From Eledone cirrhosa (lineage: Eukaryota), in NCBI GenBank assembly GCA_964016885.1, contig OZ024747.1, forward strand, positions 75,268,001-75,332,000: DNA of 64,000 nucleotides, read 5' to 3'. Both the position numbers and the translations under genes were made by a program. Under the pieces are notes generated by a model. The model saw nothing but the letters and a program-made list of their open reading frames with translations, did not search any database and was not told the origin of the DNA. Shown here piece after piece: positions 1 through 12,078 of the stretch (position 1 is its first letter; each line of letters opens with the position of its first letter).

Positions 1-12
1 ATATATATTTTA

Positions 13-154
13 TTTTTTATTTTATAGAAGGAGCTTCTACAGGACTAGTACTAGTCCTGTAGAAGCTCCTTCTATAAAATAAAAAAATTTTACTCTGCCA
101 TGTATTGAGTACCTTACTTACTGTGGTTATCCCAGACTCAACCCGGGACCTACG
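13..154 (+). mobile_element. Penelope-like element terminus: perfect 74-bp palindrome (13-86) plus 3' tail ending in (TA)n
   Basis: Loop-less palindrome centred at 49/50 (GGACTAGT|ACTAGTCC); homologous to 4117-4302 and 20270-20360; tail carries TATTGAGTAC (103-112); flanked by TA repeats. Confidence 0.6.
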
Positions 155-180
155 TATATATATATATATATATATATATA

Positions 181-275
181 GTCCTGTGAGTGCCCAGGTG
201 AAGCTCCAGAGTAACAAGACTCCTCACTCAGCCATAATAAACAATGGCAACTTCTATATTTAAAGGTTTTCACAC
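181..275 (+). mobile_element. Penelope-like fragment, 3' half of a hammerhead motif (GAAGCTCCAGAGTAACAAGACTC family)
   Basis: Same family as 10561-10633 and 11772-11908; starts directly after (TA)n. Confidence 0.45.
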
Positions 276-354
276 TATTTTATAGCATCTCTGTGCACGA
301 GCCCACTGTTCTTTATATTCATAAGTGTGTGTGCGTGTATATGTTTGTTGTGTG

Positions 355-1598
355 TCATCATCATCATCATCATCATCAGGTTTAGCGTCCGTGTTCCACG
401 CTTGCATGGGTTTGGACGGGGGTTTTCCCACTTGAGGCAAGAGTGGTTGTCTTGCTCGCATAGGACTGTCTGGCGGGTTTTCTACAGTTGGATGCCCTTC
501 CTAACACCAACCACATTTACAGTGTGGGGCTGGGAGGTTTTTACCGTGTTGCCTACACGGCCACATTACAGCGTGGACTGTCTGGCGGGTTTTCTACAGC
601 TGGATGCCCTTCCTAACACCAACCACATTTACAGTGTGGGGCTGGGAGGTTTTTACCGTGTTGCCTACACGGCCACATTTACAGCGTGGACTGTGTGTTT
701 TTTGTCGTGACACCTACACGATCTCATTTGTTTCGGCCTGGATGTTGTGGGACCAACATAACTGTACATTGAAAGGGGCGGTGTGGATGGGGTGGAGGTG
801 GTGGGACGGGGGGGTGTTTTGATAGAGATGCCTACTGACTGTAGTAGGTTTTTACTTTGTATTTAGGTAAGGCGGGTCTTCTCTATTACTGAGTACCGCC
901 AAAGGTCTCGGTCCAGTGACATTGTCTTGGAGAGGTGTAAGCGTGTGAGGTCGGAATTTATCAGCTCGTCCCATGTTTTTCTGGGTCTGCCTACTCCGTG
1001 GCTACCGTCTATCTTTATTGCCCTGCACTTTGTTATACAGCTGTCGTCTTTCATGCGCATCACGTGACCGTACCAACGTAGCCTTCTCTCGAGTAAACAA
1101 CATCTGATCCCTCTTATTTCTAATTTTTTCCTTAGTTCGTTTATGCTTTGCCGTTCACGTATATTACTATTGCACATCCAGCGGAGCATGCAAGCTTCGT
1201 TCCTCTCTAGTCTGCGTATATCCTCTGCACACAATGCCCAGGTCTCACTGCCATGCAGCATTGCTGTTCGTATGCAGGCATCGTATAACCTGCCTTTCAT
1301 TTTTAGGGAGAACCCTCTAGCGGCTAATAGTGGTATAAGCTCTCTGAACTTTTTCCATCCAGTTCTGACTCTAGCTACTGTACTTTCAGAGCACCCTCCC
1401 CCACTGCTGATTTTGTCACCCAGGTAACGGAAGCTGTCCACTATTTCTATAGAACCCTCTGCGCAGTTGAAGGAGCTAGTATTTTGTGGGCACTTGCTGC
1501 TACTTATTGCACCAGAGCACCGGCCACATGTAAAATCTATGTTCTTAGTTAGCTTACCTGTGAGCCCACTACATCTTTTATGCACCCATACTTTGCAT
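355..1598 (-). mobile_element. 5'-truncated RTE-clade LINE (C-terminal ORF, 3' UTR, (GAT)n tail)
   Basis: ORF 863-1598 (CKVWVHKRC...FRYLG...LRWYGHVMR...GRPRKTW) is typical of the RTE C-terminus and nearly identical to 29156-29890; (CAT)n at 355-377 is the tail; 113-bp duplication in the 3' UTR. Confidence 0.93.
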
Positions 1599-1920
1599 GT
1601 ATATGTGTATGCATATGTTTGTGTGTGTGTATGTATATGTTTGTGTGTGTGTGTATGTATATGTTTGTGTGTGTATATGTATATGTTTGTGTGTGTATGC
1701 ATATGTTTGTGTGTGTGTATGTATATATGTGTGTGTGTGTGTGTGTGTTTGTGTGTGTGTTTGTGTGTCTATATGTTTGTGTATGTATGTTTGTGTGTGT
1801 GTATGTATATATTTGTGTGTGTGTTTGTGTGTGTCTATATGTTTGTGTGTGTGTATGTATATGTTTGTGTGTCTGTGTGTCTGTGTTTGTGTGTGTCTAT
1901 ATGTTTGTGTGTGTGTGTTG
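1599..1920. repeat. degenerate (GT/TA) compound microsatellite at the LINE truncation point
   Basis: Visible GTGT/TATGT repeats. Confidence 0.9.
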
Positions 1921-2273
1921 TTAAATCATTTAAGGTTCAGACAAATTGATGTTTATGTGTATACGTATGTGTGTGTTTATATCTGGGTTTTGTACAGTAT
2001 ATGGAAGGGATATACTAGGTTAACGCTTGAAATAGCAGGAAGAGGTGTTAACGTTTTGGACGCTAGTCCTTCATCATATGCATGTGTCAATGCCCCTTTA
2101 TCTGCCTGTATGTGTATATAGCAAAGTAGAAGGTAGAGCCCAACCATAAATATAACCACTCTGCATCTCATTATATATCTAGTACTGTATGTGTATATAT
2201 AGAGAGATATATATATAGACACACACACACTCTCTGTATGTGTATATATATCTGAGCACTACACAATAATTTC

Positions 2274-2329
<56 letters not shown>

Positions 2330-2780
2330 CGAAACATAAGTCAATTGCATGAACTCATAATCCTGTATTTACTGATATATATATTTTGATGATAGCCATT
2401 ATATGGCTATGACCTCATCAGGCAGTTAGTCAGTTCTTAGATATGCCTGCTCTGGGTTTTTGGTGTTGATGGTTTCAGAGCCTTGGGACATATATATATA
2501 TATGTATCATCATCATCACATACACACATACATACACATATATACATACACACATACTAACACACACATTTATATTGTTTTTATGTCAACTTTTCCTTGC
2601 TGTCAGGGTTTGGGTGTAACCTTTTTTTTGGGGGGGGGTGACTTCTTATAGCCTGATACCCCTCCTAACACCAAACCTTTTATCACTGCTTATCACACCC
2701 ACAGATATGGTTTACCTATTTTAAACCCCAGATACATACTCTGTCAGTGTGTATGTATATATATGTATATGAAAGTGTGT

Positions 2781-2816
<36 letters not shown>

Positions 2817-2852
2817 TACACAATTATCAAAGTTATGTTCAAATCATTTTAT

Positions 2853-2899
2853 TGCTGACAATCGTTTCTTCCAAACTTTCGTTTGGAGTCATCAGAGCA
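2853..2899 (-). ncRNA. minimal type I hammerhead ribozyme motif
   Basis: Minus strand: tgct CTGATGA c tccaaac GAAA gtttgga a GAAA cgatt GTC agca. Stem I tgct/agca, GNRA-capped stem II, near-palindromic stem III (ACGATTGT, close to ACGATCGT), GUC triplet. Confidence 0.75.
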
Positions 2900-3013
2900 T
2901 TAACAATGTTTAAACATATAATTAACCTATTCAACTGGTAATAAGGTAGTAATAAATTACTGACCTTTCTTGTTTATAGTATATACATAACTATAAATAG
3001 TATCATTATTATA

Positions 3014-3106
3014 TTTGCCTTTCATCCTTACGGGGTCGATAAAATAAAGTACCAGTAATACACTGATAATTGCTGGCCTTGTGCCAAAATTAGAAACAAT
3101 TATTAT

Positions 3107-3110
<4 letters not shown>
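3014..3110 (+). mobile_element. tRNA-SINE 3' fragment (Meta-domain-like family)
   Basis: GCCTTTCATCCTTACGGGGTCGATAAAATAAAGTACCAG...GGCCTTGTGCC plus (ATT)n tail; matches 10249-10440. Confidence 0.8.
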
Positions 3111-3142
<32 letters not shown>

Positions 3143-3585
3143 ATAGAGAAATTAATGTAAGCAAAATGCCAACAATAATTCAGGTATATAAGTGACTATA
3201 CCATCAAGATGAAAAAGTTTTTAATGTAAGATGAGGGAAAAGTAATACAATCTTAATTCAAAACAAATCAAGAAGAAAAACTTTATCCTCAGACTTTGTG
3301 TAAGTTGGGGAAAAAGCAGTATAATCTTTACTCCAAATAAAATCAAATATATATACTCTTTCACCACCCAATTCTTTTTATTCCAATAACTTATTTTAGT
3401 TATTGTTCGCGCTAGCCTGAGGTATCTGGTCTTTAATGCGAAGAAATACCTATGATGGCTAGTAGATCACTGATGATGGATAGTCCTATTTCTAATTCTT
3501 CATTTTAATTTGTATATATATATATATATATATATTATGGAATACTGTTGGCTTCTTGCTACAATAATTTCTATACTTTTCATTT

Positions 3586-4116
<531 letters not shown>

Positions 4117-4119
<3 letters not shown>

Positions 4120-4302
4120 TTAATAGAAGAGCTTCTACAGGACTAGAACTGTTTCATTCGTGAGAAATCATCAGGGCATCCTGATGTTTTCTCACGAATG
4201 AAAAGGTTCTAGTCCTGTAGAAGCTCTTCTATATTAAAACTTTTATACTCTATGTATTGAGTACCTTACTGTGGTTACCTCCGATTCAACCCGGAATAAC
4301 TT
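4117..4302 (+). mobile_element. Penelope-like fold-back element with degenerate hammerhead core
   Basis: Inverted repeat ~4117-4240 with GCAT loop; minus arm reads CTGATGA tttctcacgaat GAAAC agttctagtcc; tail with TATTGAGTAC 4255-4264; flanked by (TA)n. Confidence 0.65.
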
Positions 4303-4570
4303 ATATATATATATGTATATGTGTGTGTGTAAGTAAATGAATGTGTGTGTGTATATATGTATGTGTGTAAGTAAATGAAAGTATATCTATATACATATAT
4401 ATATATGTGTGTGTAAATAAATGTAAGTGTGTGTGTGTCTTCCTTATCTCTGTTTATCAACTCTGCCAGTTACCAAATGTTTCAATTTTCTCTGTTACTG
4501 ATAGCTACAAGAAGTAATCATCAGTGCTTCCCTTCAGGAATATATTTCACTGATGCTACTTCTAGAGAGC

Positions 4571-4654
<84 letters not shown>

Positions 4655-4896
4655 TATATTCATTCCTTTCTTTCACAGACTGACTCACTAGCTTGTGAAA
4701 ATACAATCAGTAAAATACACACTCTAAACATGTTTGTATGTGTTTATATTTATGTGTGTGTGTGTGTATATATATGTGTATATATATATATATATATTAA
4801 AACATACACATGCACCCATGTTTGTGATGTGTTTATGTATTCATAGGTGTAGGTGTGTGTACATATATACATTATATATAATATATGTGTGTGTGA

Positions 4897-4954
<58 letters not shown>

Positions 4955-5090
4955 GCACACACACTCACAAGTCTTATTAAGGAAAGTATTTTTTGCAATT
5001 TAATGCCATTTCTGTTGAAAGTTAGGTGAGAAAATACTTAAAATAAAATATTTACAAAAGAACTCAATCCATTTTCTTATCCTACTTACT

Positions 5091-6290
5091 GGTGGTAGTG
5101 GTGGAGGTGGTAGTGTTAGTATTGCTGTTATTGGTAGTGGTGGTGCTAGTTATGGTGGTGGTAGTGGTGGTGCTAGTTATGGTGGTGGAGGTGGTAGTGG
5201 TGGTGCTAGTTATGGTGGTGGAGGTGGTAGTGTTAGTATTGCTGTTATTGGTAGTGGTGGTGCTAGTTATGGTGGTGGTAGTGGTGGTGCTAGTTATGGT
5301 GGTGGAGGTGGTAGTGGTGGTGCTAGTTATGGTGGTGGAGGTGGTAGTGTTAGTATTGCTGTTATTGGTAGTGGTGGTGCTAGTTATGGTGGTGGAGGTG
5401 GTAGTGTTAGTATTGGTGGTAGTGGTAGTGGTGGTGCTAGTTATGGTGGTGGAGGTGGTAGTGGTGGTGCTAGTTATGGTGGTGGAGGTGGTAGTATTGG
5501 TGGTAGTGGTAGTGGTGGTGCTAGTTATGGTGGTGGAGGTGGTAGTGTTAGTATTGGTGGTAGTGTTAGTGGTGGTGCTAGGTATGGTGGTGGAGGTGGT
5601 AGTGTTAGTGGTGGTGGAGGTGGTAGTGGTAGTGGTGGTGCTAGGTATGGTGGTGGAGGTGGTAGTGGTAGTGGTGGTAGTGGTGGTGCTAGGTATGGTG
5701 GTGGAGGCGGTAGTGTTAGTATTGGTGGTAGTGGTAGTGGTGGTGGAGGTGGTAGTGGTAGTGGTGGTGCTAGGTATGGTGGTGGAGGTGGTAGTGTTAG
5801 TGGTGGTGCCAGGTATGGTGGTGGAGGTGGTAGTGTTAGTAGTGGTGGTAGTGGTAGTGGTGGTGCTAGGTATGGTGGTGGAGATGTTAGTGGTGGTGCC
5901 AGGTATGGTGGTGGAGGTGGTAGTGTTAGTAGTGGTGGTAGTGGTAGTGGTGGTGGGGGTGTTAGTAGTGGTGGTAGTGGTGGTGGGGCTGGTGGTAGTG
6001 TAGTTAAGATGCCTGCTAGTATTGGTGATGTTATTGGAAGTGGTGCTGGTGGCAGTAGTGATGGTGTTGGTGTTGGTGGTGTAGTAAAGGTAGGTTGGTG
6101 GGGTTGGTGTTGGTGGTTGTAGTAATAGTTGTAGCAATGTCAGTGATGTTGTTGTTGGTAGAGGAGATATTATTGGTGATGCTAGTGCTAGTGGTGGTGT
6201 TATTGGAGGTGGTGGTAGTAGCAGTGGTAGTGATGGTGTTGTTGATGTGGTAGTGTTATTAGTAGTTGTAGTAAAGGTGCTAGTTTGTTG
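5091..6290. repeat. compound (GGT/AGT)n triplet repeat with higher-order units
   Basis: GGT/AGT/GCT triplets; recurring GGTGCTAGTTATGGT and GTTAGTATTGCTGTTATT blocks. Confidence 0.9.
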
Positions 6291-6404
6291 TAATTAGATG
6301 AATAGTGTATATATGTGTGTGTAGGAGGAGGAAGGGGTGTGACTAGTTTTACAATTGGATAACCAACAAAGGAGGGAAGGACCTATGTGATTATTTAACT
6401 TGCT

Positions 6405-6778
6405 AGAAATAATAGCTAAATATCCTTTGTCACATAGCAGGTAGAGGATTGATTGAGAAATAACAGCTAAATCTCCCTCATGTCACACAACAAGCAGGGG
6501 ATTGACACAGAAATAACAGCTAAATCTCCCTCATGTCACACAACAAGCAGGGGATTGACACAGAAATAACAGCTAAATCTCCCTCATGTCACACAACAAG
6601 CAGGGGATTGACACAGAAATAACAGCTAAATCTCCCTCATGTCACACAACAAGCAGGGGATTGACACAGAAAAAACAGCTAAATCTCCCTCATGTCACAC
6701 AACAAGCAGGGGATTAACACAGAAATAACAGCTAAATCTCCCTCATGTCACACAACAAGCAGGGGATTGACACAGAAA
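6405..6778. repeat. 53-bp minisatellite, about 6 near-identical copies plus a degenerate first unit
   Basis: Unit GAAATAACAGCTAAATCTCCCTCATGTCACACAACAAGCAGGGGATTGACACA at 6510, 6563, 6616, 6669, 6722. Confidence 0.95.
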
Positions 6779-7399
6779 CAAAATACATACAATACCATTT
6801 AGTTGTCTACATTATTGTTCTGAGTTTAGTATTGGGTTGGACTTAGAAAGACACTACCTGTGATTTGAATATAATTTAAATTTCTTATTAATTTGGTATT
6901 AGGAATATAGAAGTAGGTGTAGTTTTTAGACTCTATCCTATCTCTCTCTCTGTATCTCTCTCTCTATCTATCTATCTATCCATATATAAAGGAAGAGAGC
7001 TGTGTGTGTATATGTTGAATGTTTATGTTTGTGTACATGTGTGTTGAATATTTGTATGTATACAGGAGTGTGTGTGTGTGATGAATGTCTGTATTCATGT
7101 GTGTATGTATATATGTGTGTGTATATGTATATATATATGTGTGTGTATGTATATATGTGTGTGTATGTATCTAAAAATGATCCGCTATAATTTTATGTAG
7201 GAACCTTTGTTATGATTTATGCACCAGATAATGAGAAAGTTATATTGCTAAACGCCTGCGGTTTGAGGGAAAATTGGCTACTATTTCTAGTAAGAATAAT
7301 GACAACATAGGTCCTTTGTTGGCTTGTTTTAGTTTATTATTTTTACCTGGCTAACATGGAATTATTTTGTCCATTACAATTTTATTTGTTACAGCTAGT

Positions 7400-7590
7400 T
7401 TCATCATCATCACCATTTAATATCCATTTTACTTCACTAGCATGGGTTAGATGAAGTCTCCTGTTGTGAGACAAGCCAGATTAGATGACCATATCTTGCT
7501 CATACACAACTGTTTCTGGCTTGATTTCTACAGCTGCATGCCCTTCCTAATACCAACCACATTTACAGTGTGGACTAAGTGTTTTTTATT
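7400..7590 (-). mobile_element. non-autonomous RTE-tailed element (type B), diverged
   Basis: (CAT)n tail, CTAGCATGGGTTAGA, and TTCTACAGCTG.ATGCCCTTCCTAA.ACCAACC shared with 28124-28367 and the LINE 3' UTR. Confidence 0.75.
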
Positions 7591-7616
7591 TTCGCAGTTA
7601 AATGACCAACTGACAG

Positions 7617-9822
7617 GTTGGACTGTGTGCTTTTTATTGTGGTACCAAAACAGCCACTTTACAGTGTGGACTGGGTGCTTTTTATTGTGGGACCAAAACA
7701 AACACTTTACAGTGTGGACTGTGTGCTTTTTATTGTGACACCAAAACAAACACTTTACAGTGTGGACTGGGTGCTTTTTATTGTGGCACCAAAACAGCCA
7801 CTTTACAGTGTGGACTGGGTGCTTTCTATTGTGACACCAAAACAACCACTTTACAGTGTGGACTGGGTGCTTTCTATTGTGAAACCAAAACAACCACTTT
7901 ACAGTGTGGACTAGGTGCTTTCTATTGTGACAACAAAACAGCCACTTTACAGTGTGGACTAGGTGCTTTCTATTGTGACAACAAAACAGCCACTTTACAG
8001 TGTGGACTGTGTGCTTTCTATTTTGGCACCAAAACAAACACTTTACAGTGTGGACTGGGTGCTTTTTATTGTGGCACCAAAACAAACACTTTACAGTGTG
8101 GACTGGGTGCTTTTTATTGTGGCACCAAAACAAACACTTTACAGTGTGGACTGGGTGCTTTCTATTGTGACACCAAAACATCCACTTTACAGTGTGGGCT
8201 GTGTGCTTTTTATTGTGGCACCAAAACAACCACATTACAGTGTGGACTGGGTGCTTTTTATTGTGGCACCAAAACAGCCACTTTACAGTGTGAACTGGGT
8301 GCTTTTTATTGTGGCACCAAAACAGCCACTCTACAGTGTGGACTGGGTGTTTTCTATTGTGACACCAAAACAAAGACTTTACAGTGTGGACTGGGTGCTT
8401 TCTATTGTGGCACCAAAACAGCCACTTTACAGTGTGGACTGTGTGCTTTTTATTGTGGCACCAAAACAGCCACTTTACAGTGTGGACTGGGTGCTTTTTA
8501 TTGTGGCACCAAAACAGCCACTTTACAGTGTGAACTGGGTGCTTTTTATTGTGGGACCAAACAAACACTTTACAGTGTGGACTGTGTGCTTTTTATTGTG
8601 ACACCAAAACAAACACTTTACAGTGTGGACTGGGTGCTTTTTATTGTGGCACCAAAACAGCCACTTTACAGTGTGGACTGGGTGCTTTCTATTGTGACAC
8701 CAAAACAACCACTTTACAGTGTGGACTGGGTGCTTTCTATTGTGACACCAAAACAACCACTTTACAGTGTGGACTAGGTGCTTTCTATTGTGACAACAAA
8801 ACAGCCACTTTACAGTGTGGACTGTGTGCTTTCTATTTTGGCACCAAAACAAACACTTTACAGTGTGGACTGGGTGATTTTTATTGTGGCACCAAAACAA
8901 ACACTTTACAGTGTGGACTAGGTGCTTTCTATTGTGACAACAAAACAGCCACTTTACAGTGTGGACTGTGTGCTTTCTATTTTGGCACCAAAACAAACAC
9001 TTTACAGTGTGGACTGGGTGCTTTCTATTGTGACACCAAAACAGCCACTTTACAGTGTGGACTGGGTGCTTTCTATTGTGACACCAAAACAGCCACTTTA
9101 GAGTGTGGACTTGGTGCTTTCTATTGTGACACCAAAACAGCCACTTTACAGTGTGGACTGGGTGCTTTCTATTGTGACACCAAAACAGCCACTTTACAGT
9201 GTGGACTGGGTGCTTTCTATTGTGACACCAAAACAGCCACTTTACAGTGTGGACTGGGTGCTTTCTATTGTGACACCAAAACAGCCACTTTACAGTGTGG
9301 ACTGGGTGCTTTCTATTGTGGCACCAAAACAACCACTTTACAGTGTGTACTGGGTGCTTTCTATTGTGACACCAAAACAGCCACTTTACAGTGTGGATTG
9401 GGTGCTTTCTATTGTGACACCAAAACAAACACTTTACAGTGTGGACTGGGTGCTTTCTATTGTGACACCAAAACGGCCACTTTACAGTGTGGACTGTGTG
9501 CTTTTTATTGTGACACCAAAACAGCCACTTTACAGTGTGGATTGGGTGCTTTCTATAGTGACACCAAAACAGCCACTTTACAGTGTGGACTGGGTGCTTT
9601 TTATTGTGACACCAAAACAAACACTTTACAATGTGGACTGGGTGCTTTCTATTGTGACACCAAAACGGTCACTTTACAGTGTGGACTGTGTGCTTTTTAT
9701 TGTGGCCCTAAAACAACCACTTTACAATGTGGACTGTGTGCTTTTTATTGTGGCCCTAAAACAACCACTTTACAATGTGGACTGGGTGCTTTCTATTGTG
9801 GCACCAACATGGCCACTTTACA
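7617..9822. repeat. 48-bp minisatellite, about 46 copies, retroelement-derived
   Basis: Unit TGTGGACTGGGTGCTTTCTATTGTGACACCAAAACAGCCACTTTACAG; 16-aa periodicity in the ORF track; 1-bp deletion near 8560. Confidence 0.97.
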
Positions 9823-10209
9823 TTTTATATGGATTTTCATGTGTTTGGATGTATCTGTTTGATTGTATATCGGTGTGTGTGTAACTCTATATTTGTGTGT
9901 GTGTAACTCTATTATGTATGTCTGTATGTATATGTGCAAAAATATGTGTTAGTATGTGTGTAAATGTAATTATTAATGTGTATGTCTGTATATGTTTGTG
10001 TGTAAATATATGTATGATTGTGTGTGTGTAAATATATATACATCATGAATCCAATTTTCATGTTTCCAAACATTTCAATATTTCAAGGTCATCAGCTCGC
10101 CTACAGTTACAAATACTTGTTTCTGTTTTATATTATATATAAACATATTATAGGGGGTTTATTTTATGTAGCAGGTGAGATGTATAATATAAAGTATGTG
10201 TTGAGATGG

Positions 10210-10248
<39 letters not shown>

Positions 10249-10253
<5 letters not shown>

Positions 10254-10440
10254 TTTCTACTATTGGCACAAGGCCAGAAATTACCCAGTACATTACTGGT
10301 ACTTTATTTTATCGACCCCGTAAGGATGAAAGGCAAAGTTAACCTCGGCGGGATTTGAACTCAGAATGGCAAGGGCCGTAACTCTATGCGTCAAAGCATG
10401 GCGTCCGACCCTCTACCGATACTGCCAATCCATCGCCCCC
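10249..10440 (-). mobile_element. full-length tRNA-derived SINE with Meta-like central domain
   Basis: Minus strand A box TGGCAGTATCGG, B box GAGTTCAAATCC, then GCCTTTCATCCTTACGGGGTCGATAAAATAAAGTACCAG; flanked by duplicated TGTTGAGATGG. Confidence 0.9.
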
Positions 10441-10560
10441 TGTTGAGATGGTGTTATATATATATATATAACACCATCTCAACACATACTTTATCATATT
10501 ATACAGTTCACCTGCTATATAAGATACACCCCCTATAAAATATATATATATATATGTACA

Positions 10561-10633
10561 TTTTATTAAGGCTGAGTAGTGAGTCTTGTTACTCTGGAGT
10601 TTTGTCTGTTTATTACAGGGTCATCAGACAGAC
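10561..10633 (-). ncRNA. degenerate type I hammerhead motif in a Penelope-like fragment
   Basis: gtctgt CTGATGA ccctgtaataaacagac AAAAC tccaga GTA acaagac; GAAA mutated to AAAA (CpG-type change); stem III ACTC/GAGT. Confidence 0.55.
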
Positions 10634-10751
10634 ACAGATACACACACACACACACACATAGATCAAGGCAGAACCAGTTTGAAACTAGTTAGACCATATA
10701 TATATATATATATAAATAAATAAAAATTAACTCATTGCCGTGTATGTGTAC

Positions 10752-10792
<41 letters not shown>

Positions 10793-10849
10793 CACTGCGA
10801 TGAATTTGTTTTTGATATGAAGCATATAGACAATATGCCTCCATCTCCT

Positions 10850-11172
10850 CCCACCGCAAAGTGGCGTGGAGGTGCCACGGCAAAAAAGCACCCAGCCCAC
10901 ACTGTAAAGTGGACGTGGAGGTGCCATGGCAAAAAAGCACCCAGCCCACACTGTAAAGTGGACGTGGAGGTGCCATGGCAAAAAAGCACCCAGCACTCCC
11001 TGTAAATGAGGTTGGTGTTAGGAAGGGCATCCAGCTGTAGAAATCAAGGCAGAATCAGTTCTCGTATGAGCAAGACAAGGTCAGCCGACCGGACACTGCA
11101 CACAACAGGACAACCTGTCTAACCCATGCTAGAATGGAAGAACGGACGTAAAACGGTGGTGATGATGATGAT
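10850..11172 (+). mobile_element. non-autonomous RTE-tailed element (type B) with about 3 internal 49-bp tandem units
   Basis: GGTGTTAGGAAGGGCATCCAGCTGTAGAAA, CCATGCTAG...GGACGTAAAACG and (GAT)n tail; internal unit homologous to the 48-bp array. Confidence 0.85.
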
Positions 11173-11372
11173 ACAAAATCATCTGTTGAAACAAATAATG
11201 TTATATTTGGGGAGGGTCATATTGTTGTAATATTGCCAGAAATAATAATAAAACACACTCACAGTTTGGTTTGGATTGGTTTTCGCTTCTGTAAATTTTA
11301 TATCTCTAGGATTTATTTAGCTGGCAATCAATGTTTATCATTGATTGCCCAACAGTTAAAAATATATATATA

Positions 11373-11406
<34 letters not shown>

Positions 11407-11469
11407 GTTTATCAAAGTTCTTTCATCACACACCTGTGACATCATCAGTGGTACTATTTTGTTTCCTCC

Positions 11470-11475
<6 letters not shown>
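11173..11475 (-). mobile_element. Penelope-like pLTR fragment with hammerhead motif (11410-11453)
   Basis: tacca CTGATGA t gtcaca ggtg tgtgat GAAA gaac TT tgata; downstream ATGACCCTCCCCAAATATAAC is homologous to 35026-35046; same family as 34607-35105. Confidence 0.65.
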
Positions 11476-11522
<47 letters not shown>

Positions 11523-11771
11523 ATTATGTTATGGGCTGATAAAGCTACTAAACATGCACTTTTATTAAGGAGTCATATAGTGAATGTTTTGATAAACCAA
11601 TAACAAAATATGTATGCCTGATGTAAGGGTATTTTATATGTCATGCTATCTTATATACATGGATATTCCACCTCCTCCACTTCCACCAAGTGGGAACCTA
11701 ATACAATTGCTTCCTGTGTTTTGTTTGTTCTTTTCAACTCTACACACACACATATATAAATATATAATTCT

Positions 11772-11908
11772 ATTAAGGTTAAATACTGAGTCTTGTTACT
11801 CTGGAGTTTCACCTGTTTATCAGGCAAAGAACTCACTGTTTAGCCTTAATAAAATATTAAAACTCTACTTTGCTATTGAGTACTCTTTTCTCTCAGCTGT
11901 CAACCACA
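11772..11908 (+). mobile_element. Penelope-like terminus with short inverted segment
   Basis: Inverted GAAACTCCAGAGTAACAAGACTC; ATTAAGG/CCTTAAT arms; TATTGAGTAC 11874-11883. Confidence 0.5.
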
Positions 11909-12045
11909 TACACACACACACACCTGTGTGTGTGTGTTATGTTGACGTAAGGGATGTGTTGATGTGATATTTTAAATAATAATAATAATATATAACTGGA
12001 TTAACTCATTTCCAATATTAATTACTGTTGTTGTTACTACTACCA

Positions 12046-12078
<33 letters not shown>

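Noticed and set aside
1143-1427. + strand ORFs antisense to the LINE (also 29346-29720 and 30626-30895)
   Set aside because: Shadow ORFs of the minus-strand RT coding sequence
5082-6137. Mucin-like poly-Thr and poly-Val ORFs
   Set aside because: Products of a triplet repeat; non-ATG starts, no signal peptide or convincing splice sites
7617-9822. CRISPR-like array or repeat protein (Cys/His/Trp-rich ORFs up to 437 aa)
   Set aside because: Units are contiguous with no unique spacers and there are no cas genes; the ORFs arise because 48 is a multiple of 3, and are open on both strands
10249-10440. tRNA gene
   Set aside because: A and B boxes are present, but with extended spacing, a SINE body and many dispersed copies, so it is a SINE
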